Shown piece after piece: positions 24,654-38,059 of a stretch of DNA of 64,000 nucleotides. The notes below the pieces were generated by a model. That model saw only the letters and a program-made list of their open reading frames with translations. It searched no databases and had not been told where the DNA came from. A program made the position numbers and the translations under genes. Numbering within the stretch: position 1 is the stretch's first letter; each line of letters opens with the position of its first letter. The stretch comes from Octopus bimaculoides (taxonomy: Eukaryota): contig NC_068991.1 of the NCBI RefSeq assembly GCF_001194135.2, positions 28,411,688 through 28,475,687 on the forward strand, in the 5' to 3' direction.

Positions 24654-26259
24654 TATGTGACAAGCTTCTTTCAGTTTCTGTTTACGAGATCCACTCATAA
24701 GGATTTAGTCAGCCTGAGCCTAGAGCAGAAGACACTTTCCCAAGGTGTCATGCAGTGGAAGTGAACCTGAAACCATGTGGTTGGGAAGTAAACTTCTTAC
24801 CACACAGCCACTTGAGTGTCAGTATGGTCTTGCAGTTTTTATTCTGAATTTTTATATTATGTGTTCAAATGCCCTTGAGGTCAACAATGACCATTCCTTC
24901 CAGGGTTGATAAAATGAAGTAACTATCTATTTCTAGGGTTGATGGTATTGACAAGCACCCTTCTCAGATTTTCTGGACTTGTACCTAAGTAAGAAACAGT
25001 TGAAATCTCTTATGTAGTAGTATAGAAAAGATATGAGTACTTAGTGGTTAAAGTGTTGGACATTTCATTGTAAGATTGTTGTTTCAGTTCCAGGACTGGG
25101 CTATCTGTTGTGTTCTTGAGCAAAACACTTCATTTCATGTTGCTCCAGCCCACTCAGCTAGCAAAAATGAGTAATTCTGCAAGAGACTAGCATCCCATCC
25201 AGGGAGGAATGTATGTGCCACGGAGACTGGGAAACCAGCCTTATGACTCAGGCAGGCTCTTTATCCTTTTGTAAAGGTATTTGGCCTAGTGGTTTAGGCA
25301 TTGCACTCACAATTGTCAGATCATGGTTTGATTCCCAGACCAGGCAGTGTGTTGTGTTCTTATGCAAAATGCTTCATTTCATGTTGCTCTAGTGCTGTGT
25401 AGGAACTGGTATGCCAAAGAATAGACCCAATGTTTCCTCTGTGTGTTATAAAAGGCGACTAAAAGAGGTTGAGTAGGATTTGCACTCTGACCTCACAAAC
25501 CCTTCAGCAAACAGATCCATGGGGTAGAGGGTTGTTGCCTGAGTAGAGCAGAGGCATCATCCACCAGGAGTAGTAAGGAGTCACCAACAAATGGTGGATG
25601 ATGTGGTCAGATGTGCAGAATAAATCTGAACTAATTATATAAAATTGTTTTGCTCTGAAACTAAAGCCATTTCTTTTTACTTCTATTGATAATGTCCTAT
25701 AGAAAAGCATAAATGTCACACAATATCATTTGTGTTCTAAAATATTTCAGGTTTCAGTCTAAAATCAATTAAAAACTTTTGTTCACTCCCACTTCAGGAC
25801 ATTCTTCAACTTTTAATTTAGTTAGTATCATAGCAATAGTCTCCCTCTCTATGATCGTTATGACAGTAATTCTCTGTCTTTGGCCTTATTCTTCCTATTG
25901 TTAATGTAGCTCTGCTAAAGACAGTCCCAAGCCTGGCTGCAAAAGGAGTAGGGTAGTTTCCCTGCCAGTTCAGCCAGAACCAGGAAACTGAGCAAGAAAT
26001 CGTAAGGATACTGACAGACTAACATCATCACCAAAGTCTTTCATCCAGTTGCACCCACAGCAGTGTATTGGTTGAAAGGACAGCTTCCCTCTCCAATTGC
26101 CAGCTGGGATTTAAGAAGATTGTTAATATACCAATATAATGTATCTGACATATGTTTTTCTCTCCTGTAATTCTAACAAAACTGTTTTGTTTTATTTGTT
26201 CTGTCACATGACTACTTTTAATCACCAATTTTAATGTTTCTCTGTTTTTAATTCAACAG

Positions 26260-26772
26260 GAAAATGAAGTTTCGCTCTCCAGTTCAATGTTTAGTTCTAA
26301 AGAGAAGTGCTATGAAAACTTGTCTAACCAGGGATATTTACCGATATCTGAAGGAGCATGCTCACTTTTATCAGAGAAGGAATCTGGGAATGAATCTGGA
26401 TATAGTTCTCATAGCGCTGGCTATATAAAAGATTTGCCTATGGACAAAAGAATCGAAAATTTGTCCAATGCAAATGATCCTCTGGTTGACATAAACAGTG
26501 TCGAGAGCAAACAGAGTAATTTATCAGAGTCAAATAGTGGCCCTTCAGACAAGAGAATGCGATTTTTGCGAACTGCTAGTGCCCTGCAACGGTCAGGGCT
26601 GATGGATATAACAATGAAGACTGCTGATATCTTGAAACAGAATCGGATAGTGAACAAAGAAATAGAAAGATTACACCAGGACACACTCAAATTTTTACAT
26701 AGTGTCATCAATAACCCTGAGAATAAAACCTTCCAAGACACAATTACAAGGAACTGCGACAAACATTCTTGA
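26260..26772 (+). CDS. Cipc: CIPC-like gene, terminal coding exon with C-terminal CiPC-type helical domain
   Basis: Acceptor ttcaacag|GAA, phase 0, open to TGA at 26770-26772. KRMRFLRTASALQRSGLMDITMKTADILKQNRIVNKEIERLHQDTLKF (about 26548-26706) resembles, from recall, the CIPC C-terminal motif [43 protein letters not shown]. It also has YLPI and ESGYSS motifs reminiscent of CIPC. Confidence 0.8.
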   Translation, partial: ENEVSLSSSMFSSKEKCYENLSNQGYLPISEGACSLLSEKESGNESGYSSHSAGYIKDLPMDKRIENLSNANDPLVDINSVESKQSNLSESNSGPSDKRMRFLRTASALQRSGLMDITMKTADILKQNRIVNKEIERLHQDTLKFLHSVINNPENKTFQDTITRNCDKHS

Positions 26773-27845
26773 GTAAAGCATGTGTGTATTTCTGAATCTT
26801 TTCTATCAGACACTCATGTTAATTTTGTTTCCATATTTACTACAGACACAAAAATTAATTCACCATCATCATTATCACCATCATCATTATCACCGTCATC
26901 ATTATCACTGTCATCATTATCATCTCTGTTACTAGTAATTAAATACTTCTCTACTATTCAGATTTTGTCAATTCATAAAAATTTTCATTTTATCATATAT
27001 TTATATCAGTTTTCTTTCTCTCTTTTTTGTTTTTGTTTGACAAAGAAGGTTTGTTTGGAATATTGATTTTTTTTTGTTCTTTTCTTCATTCCATCAATCA
27101 GTATTTATTTTATTTTAGTTTTTACTGCTGTATATTATATATCATCTTATTTATTTCCTCTTTCCACCCTTTGTCTCATTCACCTCAATTCTCTCAAGCG
27201 TTAGATTAAGAGAGAATATTACTAGTCAAACTTTCTTTATTACAAATCATTGTTACTGATGAAAAGAATTCAATGAGAATGGGTTTGAAGTTCTAATATT
27301 TTAAGATTGCCATCTAGTGTCTGCCTCACTGACAAATTCAAGGAGATGGTTTACCTATTATATAGTTCACCTGTGCAAAATTCTACTATATTGCAATACT
27401 TCAATACAACCAATTTGTCATTCACAGTGGAATTATTAAAAAGACTTTCAGCTTTGTTCTCACTTATTAGAATGGAAATAATAAACAAATTATTTTCATT
27501 TTCAGAAAAGAAAAAAAAATTAAAAAGAAGACACAGGGGAAACAAAAATCCAATAGATGTGACATCTTAAAGTCGCTACTGCTTTAGGAGACATCTTAGA
27601 AGTGTGTTGGTCGTATTTTACACACAGCACTCAGTTTATATAAAACCACATATCCATATTTATTATGGTCGAGTTCCTTCTCTTCAATATTGTATTAATT
27701 AAATTTACTTCCTTCTCATCAAATGTGAATCAATCTTTTCTTTAGTTTCATTCAGTTTAACCATAAAGTAAGACTAGTCTCTCTGTGATTCCTGCAGTTT
27801 AATCTTCTCTGTACAAACCCAATAACAGAATATTTATGTAATAAA
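26773..27845 (+). other. Probable 3'UTR with candidate poly(A) signals
   Basis: U-rich sequence with no recognisable TE after the stop; AATAAA at 27480-27485 and 27840-27845; true end unknown. Confidence 0.4.
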
Positions 27846-30634
27846 TTAGATTCATGAATTGAGGTTTTTTTTTTTTAATGAGTTTCTCATTTGAATTTGT
27901 TTTTTTCTATTTTAATTCTAAAGTTGTTTCTTCAGATAGAAATAATATTGGTAAACTGTTGAAGAGGAAACTGCATTTATTAACCTATGAAGTGGCCATA
28001 TTATTCACCTGTCATGCTTATGATAGATGCATTAAACTGTGTTACTCTCCTAAAATTTATAAGTTGTCATGGCAAACAAATTATCAAAATGTCAGCTTAT
28101 TTTAGTGTCTAATAATATTTATGGACATGACAAAATATCCCACCATGTAAAGTATTTTTATCTATTTTCTTCTGCAAAAGTTGGACAGTACCACCAAAAA
28201 TTCTGTTTCTTGATATTCCAGATTCCCATGGTGGATAGTCTTGCCAGCAAATATTTACAGACTGGCCATCTTAATTGTCAAATATTGTACATATCATTGA
28301 AAGAATACAAAATGGTACTTGGTTACATAAACCAACATTTTGAAAAGTCTATATTCCTAAAATATGGCACATAATGTTGCCGTCACTGATCTAAACATTA
28401 TTTTTTGTTTAACGGTTTCAATTTCTAGTGATTAGTCAACTAAATATGTGACATATTTGTTGGTCATTCACCCGAAACTATGCACCAATAGCAACTGAAA
28501 ACACTCACCATCTTATTTATATTAGCAACAGCATGGAGTAGTCATAGACAGGAGGGGAATATTTTTGCTTCAGGAGTAAAATGTTAGATATGTTTTATGT
28601 TGTACTTGTTGAAAAGCTGCTGTCTGTGAGTTGATATGAAGCATTATTGGATTTTAGAATTTAAAAGCTCTTGTAGTTGTTTTTGTTGTTGTTGTTGTTG
28701 TGTAAAGGCAAATGTAGTGCAGCAGTGAATTTAACTGTAAATTTCTTAATCCAGTTTCACTTCTCAGTCAGAACTATTTCACTTACTGCACTAATACCCA
28801 TTGGCAAGGTATACACATCACTACTTCTTATTACTTCCCTTCAGCCATGACATCAAAGCTTCATCCTTACCAAGTCATCATCATCATCATCATCATTACC
28901 ACCATCATCATCATCATTATAATAGTTGGGGAGTGGTAAAAATAGTAGATCAGTAAACCAAAAATACCTTGTGGTAATTAGTTGTACTCCTTCAAGTTCT
29001 CATTTTAAATCCCGCAATAGTTGACTTTGCCTTTGTTTGTTCCAGTGTTGATAAAGTGACAGTCATATATGGTGGGGGAAGGGGTGCAGTTATTCATAGA
29101 TTATATATAACCCTAGCCTACTAAATTGCAGCCTTGTACCTGTGTAAGGAAATCATTATTATAAAATAACCATTGTTCAGTTTTCCAAAATGGACTCCGT
29201 TTTAATTCCCATTTGGAGCCATTTGTATTTATATTTTCAGTGACCACTAATAATGCCATTGGAAAATACATTTCTCTCTTCTTTAGAAACCCATGTCTAT
29301 GTAAGGATATTGAACACTACTTTGTCACAGGTTTTTCTGCAATGAGTTCTACCATCTGGTTGCAGTTCCTAAAATGAGCTTTTTAGGAAATATTGAATAC
29401 CACATATTCCCATTTTTTGTTATAACTAAATCACACCTATTTATTTCATAAATAATTGTATTCAACTTTAAATCTGTTTTCTGTTTTATTATTTCTGATT
29501 TGATCCAATATATCTACATGAAAATTTCATCATTCATTCCTTTTCTCAGGGACACTAAGTGATCTAAGAGAAATACCATGACTCCAAACTTGGAATTGAA
29601 AGCCCTATCTCCTGTCCAGTTCCCCAACACCACACCACTTATTCCCCACTATGCTCATTAACCTTTAGCATACTGTTGCTACATCATGTCGCTGTACGAG
29701 TTTTTTCCCCTCTCAATGCAACACGGTGCACTTGAGTTACAGGAGAGAAAAGTTGTATGGTAACATGATGCCCCTAAGTGTGCTAAAGGTTAATCATTAA
29801 ATATTAGCAGCTCTAACTGATATTTCACTAGACAACACTCATTTACTAATTAACTTTCACACAAACTTTATAACTCGTGTATTCAGAAGAAAATATACAA
29901 GAGATACATTCTTGCCAATGAGATCAAATATCTGATTATTACAAAATCAATCAGATTGTAATGATATCCATTAGAGGAGATTATTCTTTATGTCTTCAGG
30001 AGACTAGGTGTAGATGATGTTCGTGCTTTTCCTCAAGGTTATTATTCATAGTATCAAAACTATCAGTGAAGTGACACAACCACAACCGAGAGTTAGGTAC
30101 GTACATGATAAACCCATTTTACCAATATTTTATATACTGTTACTACATGGTACTTATAAAAATACCAGTGTTATTATTATAGTTGTTATTAAGTTACAAC
30201 CCTTTATACCTTCAGTGCAAATCCTACTAAAATCAACTTAGTCTTTCATACTTCCAAGGTCATTAAAAAATGCCAATCAAGTGCTGTCGTCACTATATTT
30301 ACCCTTAATCCTCTCAAAATCAAAGCCATGTGCCTGTCTAACTAACTATACACTCCCACTAAAGTGTGTCGACTTAGATCTATGTCAAAAAATTTTATTA
30401 ATTGGATTTGGGCTGTAGTTGAGATAGAGTGATAAATTATCATGGCTAATTCTACATTTGGTGGGTTGGAGGAGCACCTACTGAACTGCCTCTCATATCA
30501 GGGTCAACATTGACTTTTATCTCTGCAAGTTAGTAAATTGAACATCAGTTATGAATTAAGGTTATGCAAAATGACTTTATCTCTTTCTTGCAAATCTGAG
30601 GCCTTGTGATTAACGTAGAAAATATTGTTGTTGA

Positions 30635-30850
30635 CCCTTTAGCATTTAAACTGGCCATATCCAGCCCAAATATTCTGCTTGTTTTATGTTCAAACTGGCC
30701 AGATCTAGCTTCTCACATATACCCTACAGTGTCATTCTAAATATAAACAATCACCTCATCAAAATCTTGAAGCTCCAAAGAAACACATGATTAACTACAA
30801 ACAATATAAATAAATAAGCATTACATTTGACAGAAATCTGAATGCTAAGG
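30635..30850. mobile_element. piggyBac-like MITE remnant
   Basis: Left end ttga|ccctttagcattta, right end tgaatgctaagg (inverted); right end truncated by an adjacent SINE. Confidence 0.5.
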
Positions 30851-31980
30851 CAGTAGACTGGCAGAATTGTTTGCATATCAAACAAAGTGCTTTGTTGTGT
30901 TTAGTTAAGGTCCTTTATACAGTCTATCTTTAAATCATACCAAGATTGACTTTACCTTTCTTCCCTCCCAGGTCAATAAAATAAAGTACCAGTCAAGTAC
31001 TGAGGTTGATGTAACAGGCTAACACCCTTCCCTCATATTTCTGGTCTTGTACCTGTATTAGAAATGTTAGCAATATCTATCAAAAATGACAAGCTAATAG
31101 AATTGTTAGAGCATTAGAATAAATGCCTTGCAGTATTTGTTCTTTCTATTTATATTCTGTGTTCAAATCCTGCTGTGGTTAGTTTTGCCTTTCATCCTTT
31201 TGGGGTCAATAAAAGAAAGTATCAAGTCAAGTTCTGGAGTTGATGTCATCAACTTCCCCATAATTGTTGACCTTGAACCTAAATCAGAAGCCATTATTAT
31301 TATTATTATTATCATCATATAGGCAGCAAGTGATATGCTTAATGGTATTTCGTCTGTCCTTATGTTCTGAGTTCAAATTCTGCTGAGGTCAACTTTGCCT
31401 GTCATCCTTTCAGGGTTGATAAATTAAGTACCAGTGAAACACTAGGGTCGATGTAATTGACTATTCCCCGCCCACAAATTTCAGGCCTTGTACCTTTAGT
31501 AGAAAGGATTATTATTATTATTATTGTTGTTGTTGTTGATGTTGTGAGCTAGCAGAATCATTAGCACACTGGATAAAATGCTTCACAGCATTTCTTCTAG
31601 TTTTCAAATTCTGCCATGGTCAACTTTGTCTTTCATCTTTATGGAGTTGTTAAAATAAATACCAGTTGAACATTAAAGTCAATGTAATCGACTAGCCCTC
31701 TGCTCCAAAATTTCAGGCCCTGTGCCTATAGTAAAAAGTAGGACAAATTGTTGTTGCTGTTATCATTATTATTAAATGATTAATAGATTAGTAGAAACAG
31801 TAAACCGGGGATAAAATGCCTTGCAATGTTTAGTTACTATCGTTTACATTCTGAGTTCAGATACTGCAGAGGTTAATTTTCAATGCGAATAAAGTAAACA
31901 TTTGAAAACTAGAGTTGCTATAATTGAACATATCCCACCCGCCTTTAAAATTGTGGCCTTGTGACTATGTTAGAAATCAA
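30850..31980 (+). mobile_element. Head-to-tail array of about 5 copies of tRNA-derived SINE family A
   Basis: Repeated gagctggcagaatcgttagc...gagttcaaattc...taagtaccagt...ggccttgtgcc units of about 210 bp, separated by (ATT)n/(GTT)n. Confidence 0.85.
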
Positions 31981-32368
31981 TATTTTTTTTTAATGGAGAG
32001 GGCAATAGAGAAGATCAAGAATACAATGAATAAGTTACCTTGTAGTGTTCAGTCCTTTTCCTTTATGAAATGAGTTACAGTTTGAGTTCCAATCCAACCA
32101 GGTTAGACATTACTTTTTTTACCATATTTACATTAAAATATACTGTCCTTGTTTCCATTATTTTTTAAAATAATAAAGAATTTATTAAAATGACTTTGTC
32201 ATTATATAACTGGTGTTTAGAATATAAATTTTGATGGAAGGTTTTAATTTAGATCACATTAAAACAGGGAATTTTATAATAGAACCAGGAGCAGTTACAA
32301 AAGACTTCTTATCAAAAATGTTAATACATAGTGTATCCCTTAAAACAGGCTTGTCAAAAAGTAACACT

Positions 32369-32407
32369 AGATACTTATTTCAGTTTTAAATACTAACCTT
32401 CATCAGT
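32369..32407 (-). ncRNA. Degenerate hammerhead-like motif
   Basis: On -: CTGATGA-AGGTT agtattta AAACT-GAAAT-aagt-ATC; one stem II mismatch, stem I essentially absent. Confidence 0.35.
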
Positions 32408-34398
32408 TTTATTAAGTTCTTGGGAATCCAAACTGTTGTGTAATCATCCATTTATGACTTTTTCTTCAATACTGTTTGCTTTTTTGCATTATTAAATTAT
32501 AATAAATTGTAAAATAAAAATTAAACTTTATGCATTAAATTGGTTAAGTTAACTATATCCACCACCTCACCAAATTTGAGGCCATGTATCTGTTGTTAAA
32601 TTAATTAGATTAACAATACAGTATCACCCTAAATAGAATTTCAAACCTTGTGCCAATATAGTAATAAGTGTTAGTTCTTAATTACTGATAATTAATATTT
32701 TTTTATGGTTCATGATAGTTTAGTTTGGAATTCAACAAAAGGCAGTTGATCTCACTTCATTGCCTTTGTTGTTTTTTTGTTTTTTTTGTAAGATTCATGA
32801 TGTGTTGGCTGTGATATTGCAGTACTTTGGGAATGGTCATTTTCTCAATTACCAATTAAAACTCATACTGATTATAGTTAAAACAGATATTGTTGTTCTT
32901 TGGGGATGGTCATTTCTGCTAAATGTCAATTAAAATACACTCTAATTGTTGTTCACTTCTTAATTAATAATCAGTATATGTGTGTTAATGGGCAGAATGG
33001 CCTGTTTATATATAAGTATGTGTGTGTGTGTGTATGGGTATATATATCCATACATACATACACACACACGTGTGTGTGTAGTTGTAATAATGAAATCAAA
33101 CCAAACTGATATTTTGAAATCATTTAATACATATGTTTCAGGTTTATGTAATAGAATAGGAACTGCATCCATTATGTTAACCTTCCTCGATTAAAACAAT
33201 TACTCCACTTATATGGATACTCTTGCTTCTACTTATGCAGAAACTCTAACGATTTGGAGTAGTTTGTTACATTTGACTCAAGTTGAAAATTCTGTTATCG
33301 TGCACTGCTTCTTAGCTGTGAAATATGACAAATACACCTGAAATATATGTATGTGTGTATGTATGTATATATAAATATATATATATATATGTATATATAA
33401 ATATATANNNNNNNNNNNNNNNNNNNNNNNNNNNNNNNNNNNNNNNNNNNNNNNNNNNNNNNNNNNNNNNNNNNNNNNNNNNNNNNNNNNNNNNNNNNNN
33501 NNNNNNNAAATGAAAATAAAAACTACACGTGGAAGAGATATGGTGTAAGTAAGAAGAAAAAAAAAGTGAAAATGCACATTGGATATCAAAAAAATAAAGG
33601 CTTTTTTATGAAAAGTAATGATAAATATATACAATTAGATTAACTGAGGTAGAATTAAGAGGAATAAAAGTCATTATTATAAACTGTTAAAGGGATTCAA
33701 AGTCATACCGGTTTCGTCAATTAATTTTCACTGGCTTTCAATGCGCACCAATTATCAAACAGTGTTGGGTCTACTAGTCCCTGACTAAAAAGATGTGTAA
33801 GGGAGGTAAGTAGTTCTGGATGTGGTGCAGTTAGGATAGATATAATACTGTAATAAGTATGGTGTATGGGATGTATGGGAGTTAGTGGTATTATTGGTAA
33901 AACTTAAAGCTTCTTGTAGATTGTCAGACCTATTCAAATATTGTGGTACTTAGTTATTATCATCCTTTATATTCCGAGTTCAAATGCTGTCAAAGACAAC
34001 GTTGTCTTTGATAATTAGTACTGTAGGGTAATGATGTAACTTGCAATATTTAACTCCCAATCATTTACATTTTAAGTTCAAATCCATCTCATATCCATTC
34101 TGACTTTTATCCTTGCAGGGCTGATAAATGTAAGTATCAGACAAATACTAAGGTTAACTGAATAAATGTGTAGTATCCAAAATATAACAAAAAAAAAAAA
34201 TCATAATCTGTCCAATTAATTATAAATTTAGGTTAAACCGTATAGAAATCTTTCCCAAATGATATTTGAATATGACGTTGACATTCAATAACAGACACCT
34301 TGCCTGCACTTTCTAGTAAACTAACTGAATGCATCAATGGTATTATTATTGTTGTTGTTGTTGTTGTTGTTACTGTTGTTTCATGGCTTTTGTTGTCA

Positions 34399-34442
<44 letters not shown>

Positions 34443-35052
34443 CTTCGTTAATTTACACACATGCACAATAGTAATCGGTAAATATGATCCAGAGATCCAA
34501 GTGTAGGAAGTTAGTAAGCTTCCGGCGAAATGGTAGCAGTCTGTATTTTACCTGTTCCTTTCCTTACTTTTTGGGGTATATATAAATATTTGTAGAGAGA
34601 TTTGGTGATGTAAACAGAAAATAGAATTCAAAACATGAGTATATATACATTTTTTTAATTTTTTTTATAAGAACCAGCAGAAGTTACAGAGTGACCCAGG
34701 GACAGAGAATTTCATGCATTGTCACTTATGAAACTGGTTTTAAAATAGAGGGTCATATATTTATATACTGGTGATGACATTTCCCTGGATTGTTCTGGAA
34801 CAAACTATAAAAGCAATTACTATGTCCTTCTATAATACATATTTTTCAGATACTTCACCTGTTACACCGTTCAATAAATAAATAAATAGATAATAAAAAT
34901 TCTAAGATATTTATGCACAAATAACCGAGAGTGACAGTGAATATAAATGCAGTATGTACATGAATAGATGCACGTATGCATACATACATTCACACTCATG
35001 CACGCATGTTCATGGATTCACACATACACATGCATAGACATAAGTATAAATA

Positions 35053-36789
35053 CAGGGTGTCCCAGAAATAATTATCTGTTGGGTCATCCCATAAATAATG
35101 CAGTTTTTTCAATTGCATGAACTAAAAGTCAGAGGAGGACGGGATAAACTACCTGCATCAACTTGCTATAAATGCAGGTAGTAATTTTACCTTGTCCTTA
35201 TTCTGAGTGCAAGTTCTGAAGAGTGCAGTTCAATTTTAACAGTTATTTTTTCAAAGCTATAATGGAAGTGACAAAGAAGCACATTCAGCATATTTTGCTT
35301 TATGAGTTCAATAAAGGCAACAATGCAATGGAAAGTGTGAGGAATATTAATGCAGTATATGGGGACTGGTCAATAAGCTTAAGCCAATGTCAATGGTGCT
35401 TCCAGAAACTACAGCCTAGAAGACAAGCCTCGTCCTGGAAGATCTGTAGAGCTCAACAAGGATGTCCTGCAAACCCTGGTGGCACAAAATCCCATCGTAA
35501 CTGTTGAGGAACTAGCAGAGGAGCTAGGATTTTGTCATTCGACCATTCATCAACACCTGCATGTCATTGGAAAAGTCAGCAAATTGGGTCAATGGATTCT
35601 ACAAACTTTCTGAGTCTAATCGCATGCAGAGAGTGAATGTGTGCTCTTCTTTGCTGTCACATGTCACAAATGAAACTTTTTTGGACTGAACAGTGACTAG
35701 TGACAAGAAATGGGTTCTCTATAAAAATGTCAAGTGCTGAAGACAGTGGGTAGGGAAAGAAGAAACACCAGGACCCCAGGCCAAAGAAAGTCTTTACCCA
35801 TGTAAGTTGTTATTTGGTGTGGAATATGGAAAGTTTAGTCTACTTTGAACTTTTAAATCCAAACCAAACAATAACAAAGATCTACTGCAAGCAGCTTGGG
35901 GAGATTAAGTCAGCGCTAGAAGGAAATAATCATCTTTGGCTTCAAGATGAAAGGTGTTCCATCAGGATAATGCTCAGCCACATACAGCAAGAATGACATT
36001 CCAAAGGCTGGAGCTGTTTGAATGGGAAACAATGCCCCACCCACCAAATTCACCAGACATTGCCCCATCTGATTATCATTTATTCCGCAGTCTTTATAAC
36101 CATTTGGATAGAAAGAATATGAATTCTGTAGATGAGGTCAGAACAGTACTGGAGGAGTATTTTTTGTCACGGACAAGTGAACTTTGGAAGAGGTGCCTTG
36201 CAAGTCTACCAAATAGATGGAAAAGCATTGTAGAAAATGAAGGAGAGTATATTTTTGATAAAAAANNNNNNNNNNNNTTATGGGATGGCCCAATATTTCA
36301 ATGAAACAGGGCAAATTTTTAAAAAACTGACAGAATTTTTATGTTTATTACTTAATTATAATACCAAAATAAATAGATTTATAAATCTTACATGAAAACT
36401 TTATTGAAAATTTGCAACATATTCTCCATCTGTATCCCTGCAAATTTCAAATCTATCCTTAGCATTGCAAAACACATTTTGAAGCATTTCAGGAGTTATT
36501 TCCAACACTGCAAACTGAATGCATTCTTCAAATTCAGCTTAACTATTGCTCCATCCTGGGCTGGCGGTAGAGAAAATGATTGCTGCCGAATTGAAAAAGA
36601 AAAATACCATCATGGACAGAAAACTGGGATCCAACAGGAATGAAAATAGAATTATTAAAAAAATTACAAAATTATAAACGAATTAAAATTTATATGCTTT
36701 GAACATATATTAAACATGGTAAACATACATAAAAGTGAGTTTTTAAAAGAAATGATTTTATTGAAGTAGATAAATTCTGGGATACCCTG
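35053..36789 (-). mobile_element. Internally deleted Tc1/mariner-superfamily element hosting the nested mariner
   Basis: TIRs CAGGGTGTCCCAGAA (35053) / TTCTGGGATACCCTG (36789); TA on the left; transposase-like C-terminus EFEECIQFAVLEITPEMLQNVFCNAKDRFEICRDTDGEYVANFQ* on - (36401-36536). Confidence 0.75.
35079..36293 (+). mobile_element. Decayed mariner (DD34D) transposon, near full length
   Basis: TIRs TTGGGTCATCCCATAA / TTATGGGATGGCCCAA; TA at 36294-36295 (left TG). Transposase from ATG 35262 with frameshifts and stops; HQDNAQPH...PHPPNSPDIAPSDYHLF has 34 residues between the last two D. Confidence 0.93.
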
Positions 36790-36820
36790 TGTAAAACATA
36801 GAAACAAAAGAATGCATAGA

Positions 36821-37037
36821 TTCTTTTCTACTCTAGGCACAAGGCCTGAAATTTTGGGGGATGGGTCCAGTCGATCAGATCAACCCCAGTATGCAACTGG
36901 TACTTAATCTATCAACCCCGTAAGGATGAAAGGCAAAGTTGACCTCGGCGGAATTTGAATTCAGAACGTAAAGACAGACTAAATACTGCTAAGCATTTCA
37001 CCTGGCGTGCTAACGTTTCTGCCAGTTCACCACCTTA
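36821..37037 (-). mobile_element. Well-preserved SINE family A copy
   Basis: Complete head-to-tail unit. Other dispersed copies: 6885-7000(+), 8720-8910(-), 9560-9800(-), 18080-18245(+), 20400-20590(-). Confidence 0.85.
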
Positions 37038-37070
37038 GAGATGCATAAATGTACATAGATATATACATAT

Positions 37071-37110
<40 letters not shown>

Positions 37111-37368
37111 ATATACATACACAAGCATGAGTGTGAATACATGTGTGCATATGTATGTGTATTCATGTTTTTATTGAACAACATCATAAGCAAACCATTT
37201 TAAAAACATGCATTATAGCTGTGACATTGTTACTGTCTTTATAATTTGTTCCAGAACAATCTAGGGAACTACATTACCACTGATATATATAAATATATGA
37301 TCCATGATTTGATACCAATTTTACTAGAGAAAATGGTCAAAACTTTCAGCTGCCCTTGAGTCTCTCTT

Positions 37369-37416
<48 letters not shown>

Positions 37417-37843
37417 CACATCTATATACATACATGCATAGATACACACATATAAGGATACATATATATTTCTTTATACTTATATAAATATACTTATGTA
37501 AATATAGAAGTATAAAGAATTAAAATCAAAAATGCACTTGAAGTTTTAAGAAAATTTGTTTACTTTAACTTAACCAGTTTCACAATTTCATGTTTTTTTT
37601 AAATATGTGTAAAATGGAGATTTTGGAACTGTCTTAACAAAGGTGAGACAATTGTGGCAAAGTTCCACATTTTCCCATCTTACACTACTTGGGAAAATCA
37701 TGAAATTGTTAAACTAAGTTAACGTAAATGAATCTTAAAGACTCCGAGTATATTTTCAACTCCATTTCATTTCATTTCATATATATATACATACAAACAC
37801 ACACACACACATATATATAAATAGATATATATATATACATGTG

Positions 37844-37901
<58 letters not shown>

Positions 37902-38002
37902 CAAAGAGAGGGAGAAAGGACAATTAAAGCCAAACTCCAATGTGTTGAATGGCCATTGGAGTTTGACTTTAACTGCTCTTTCTCCCTCTCTATGTCTTTA
38001 TG

Positions 38003-38059
<57 letters not shown>

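Noticed and set aside
26421-26813. 130-aa antisense ORF
   Set aside because: It is the shadow of the CIPC-like exon on the opposite strand.
34515-34535. CTTCCGG/ATGG promoter-like motif
   Set aside because: Isolated short motif with no downstream exon identified.
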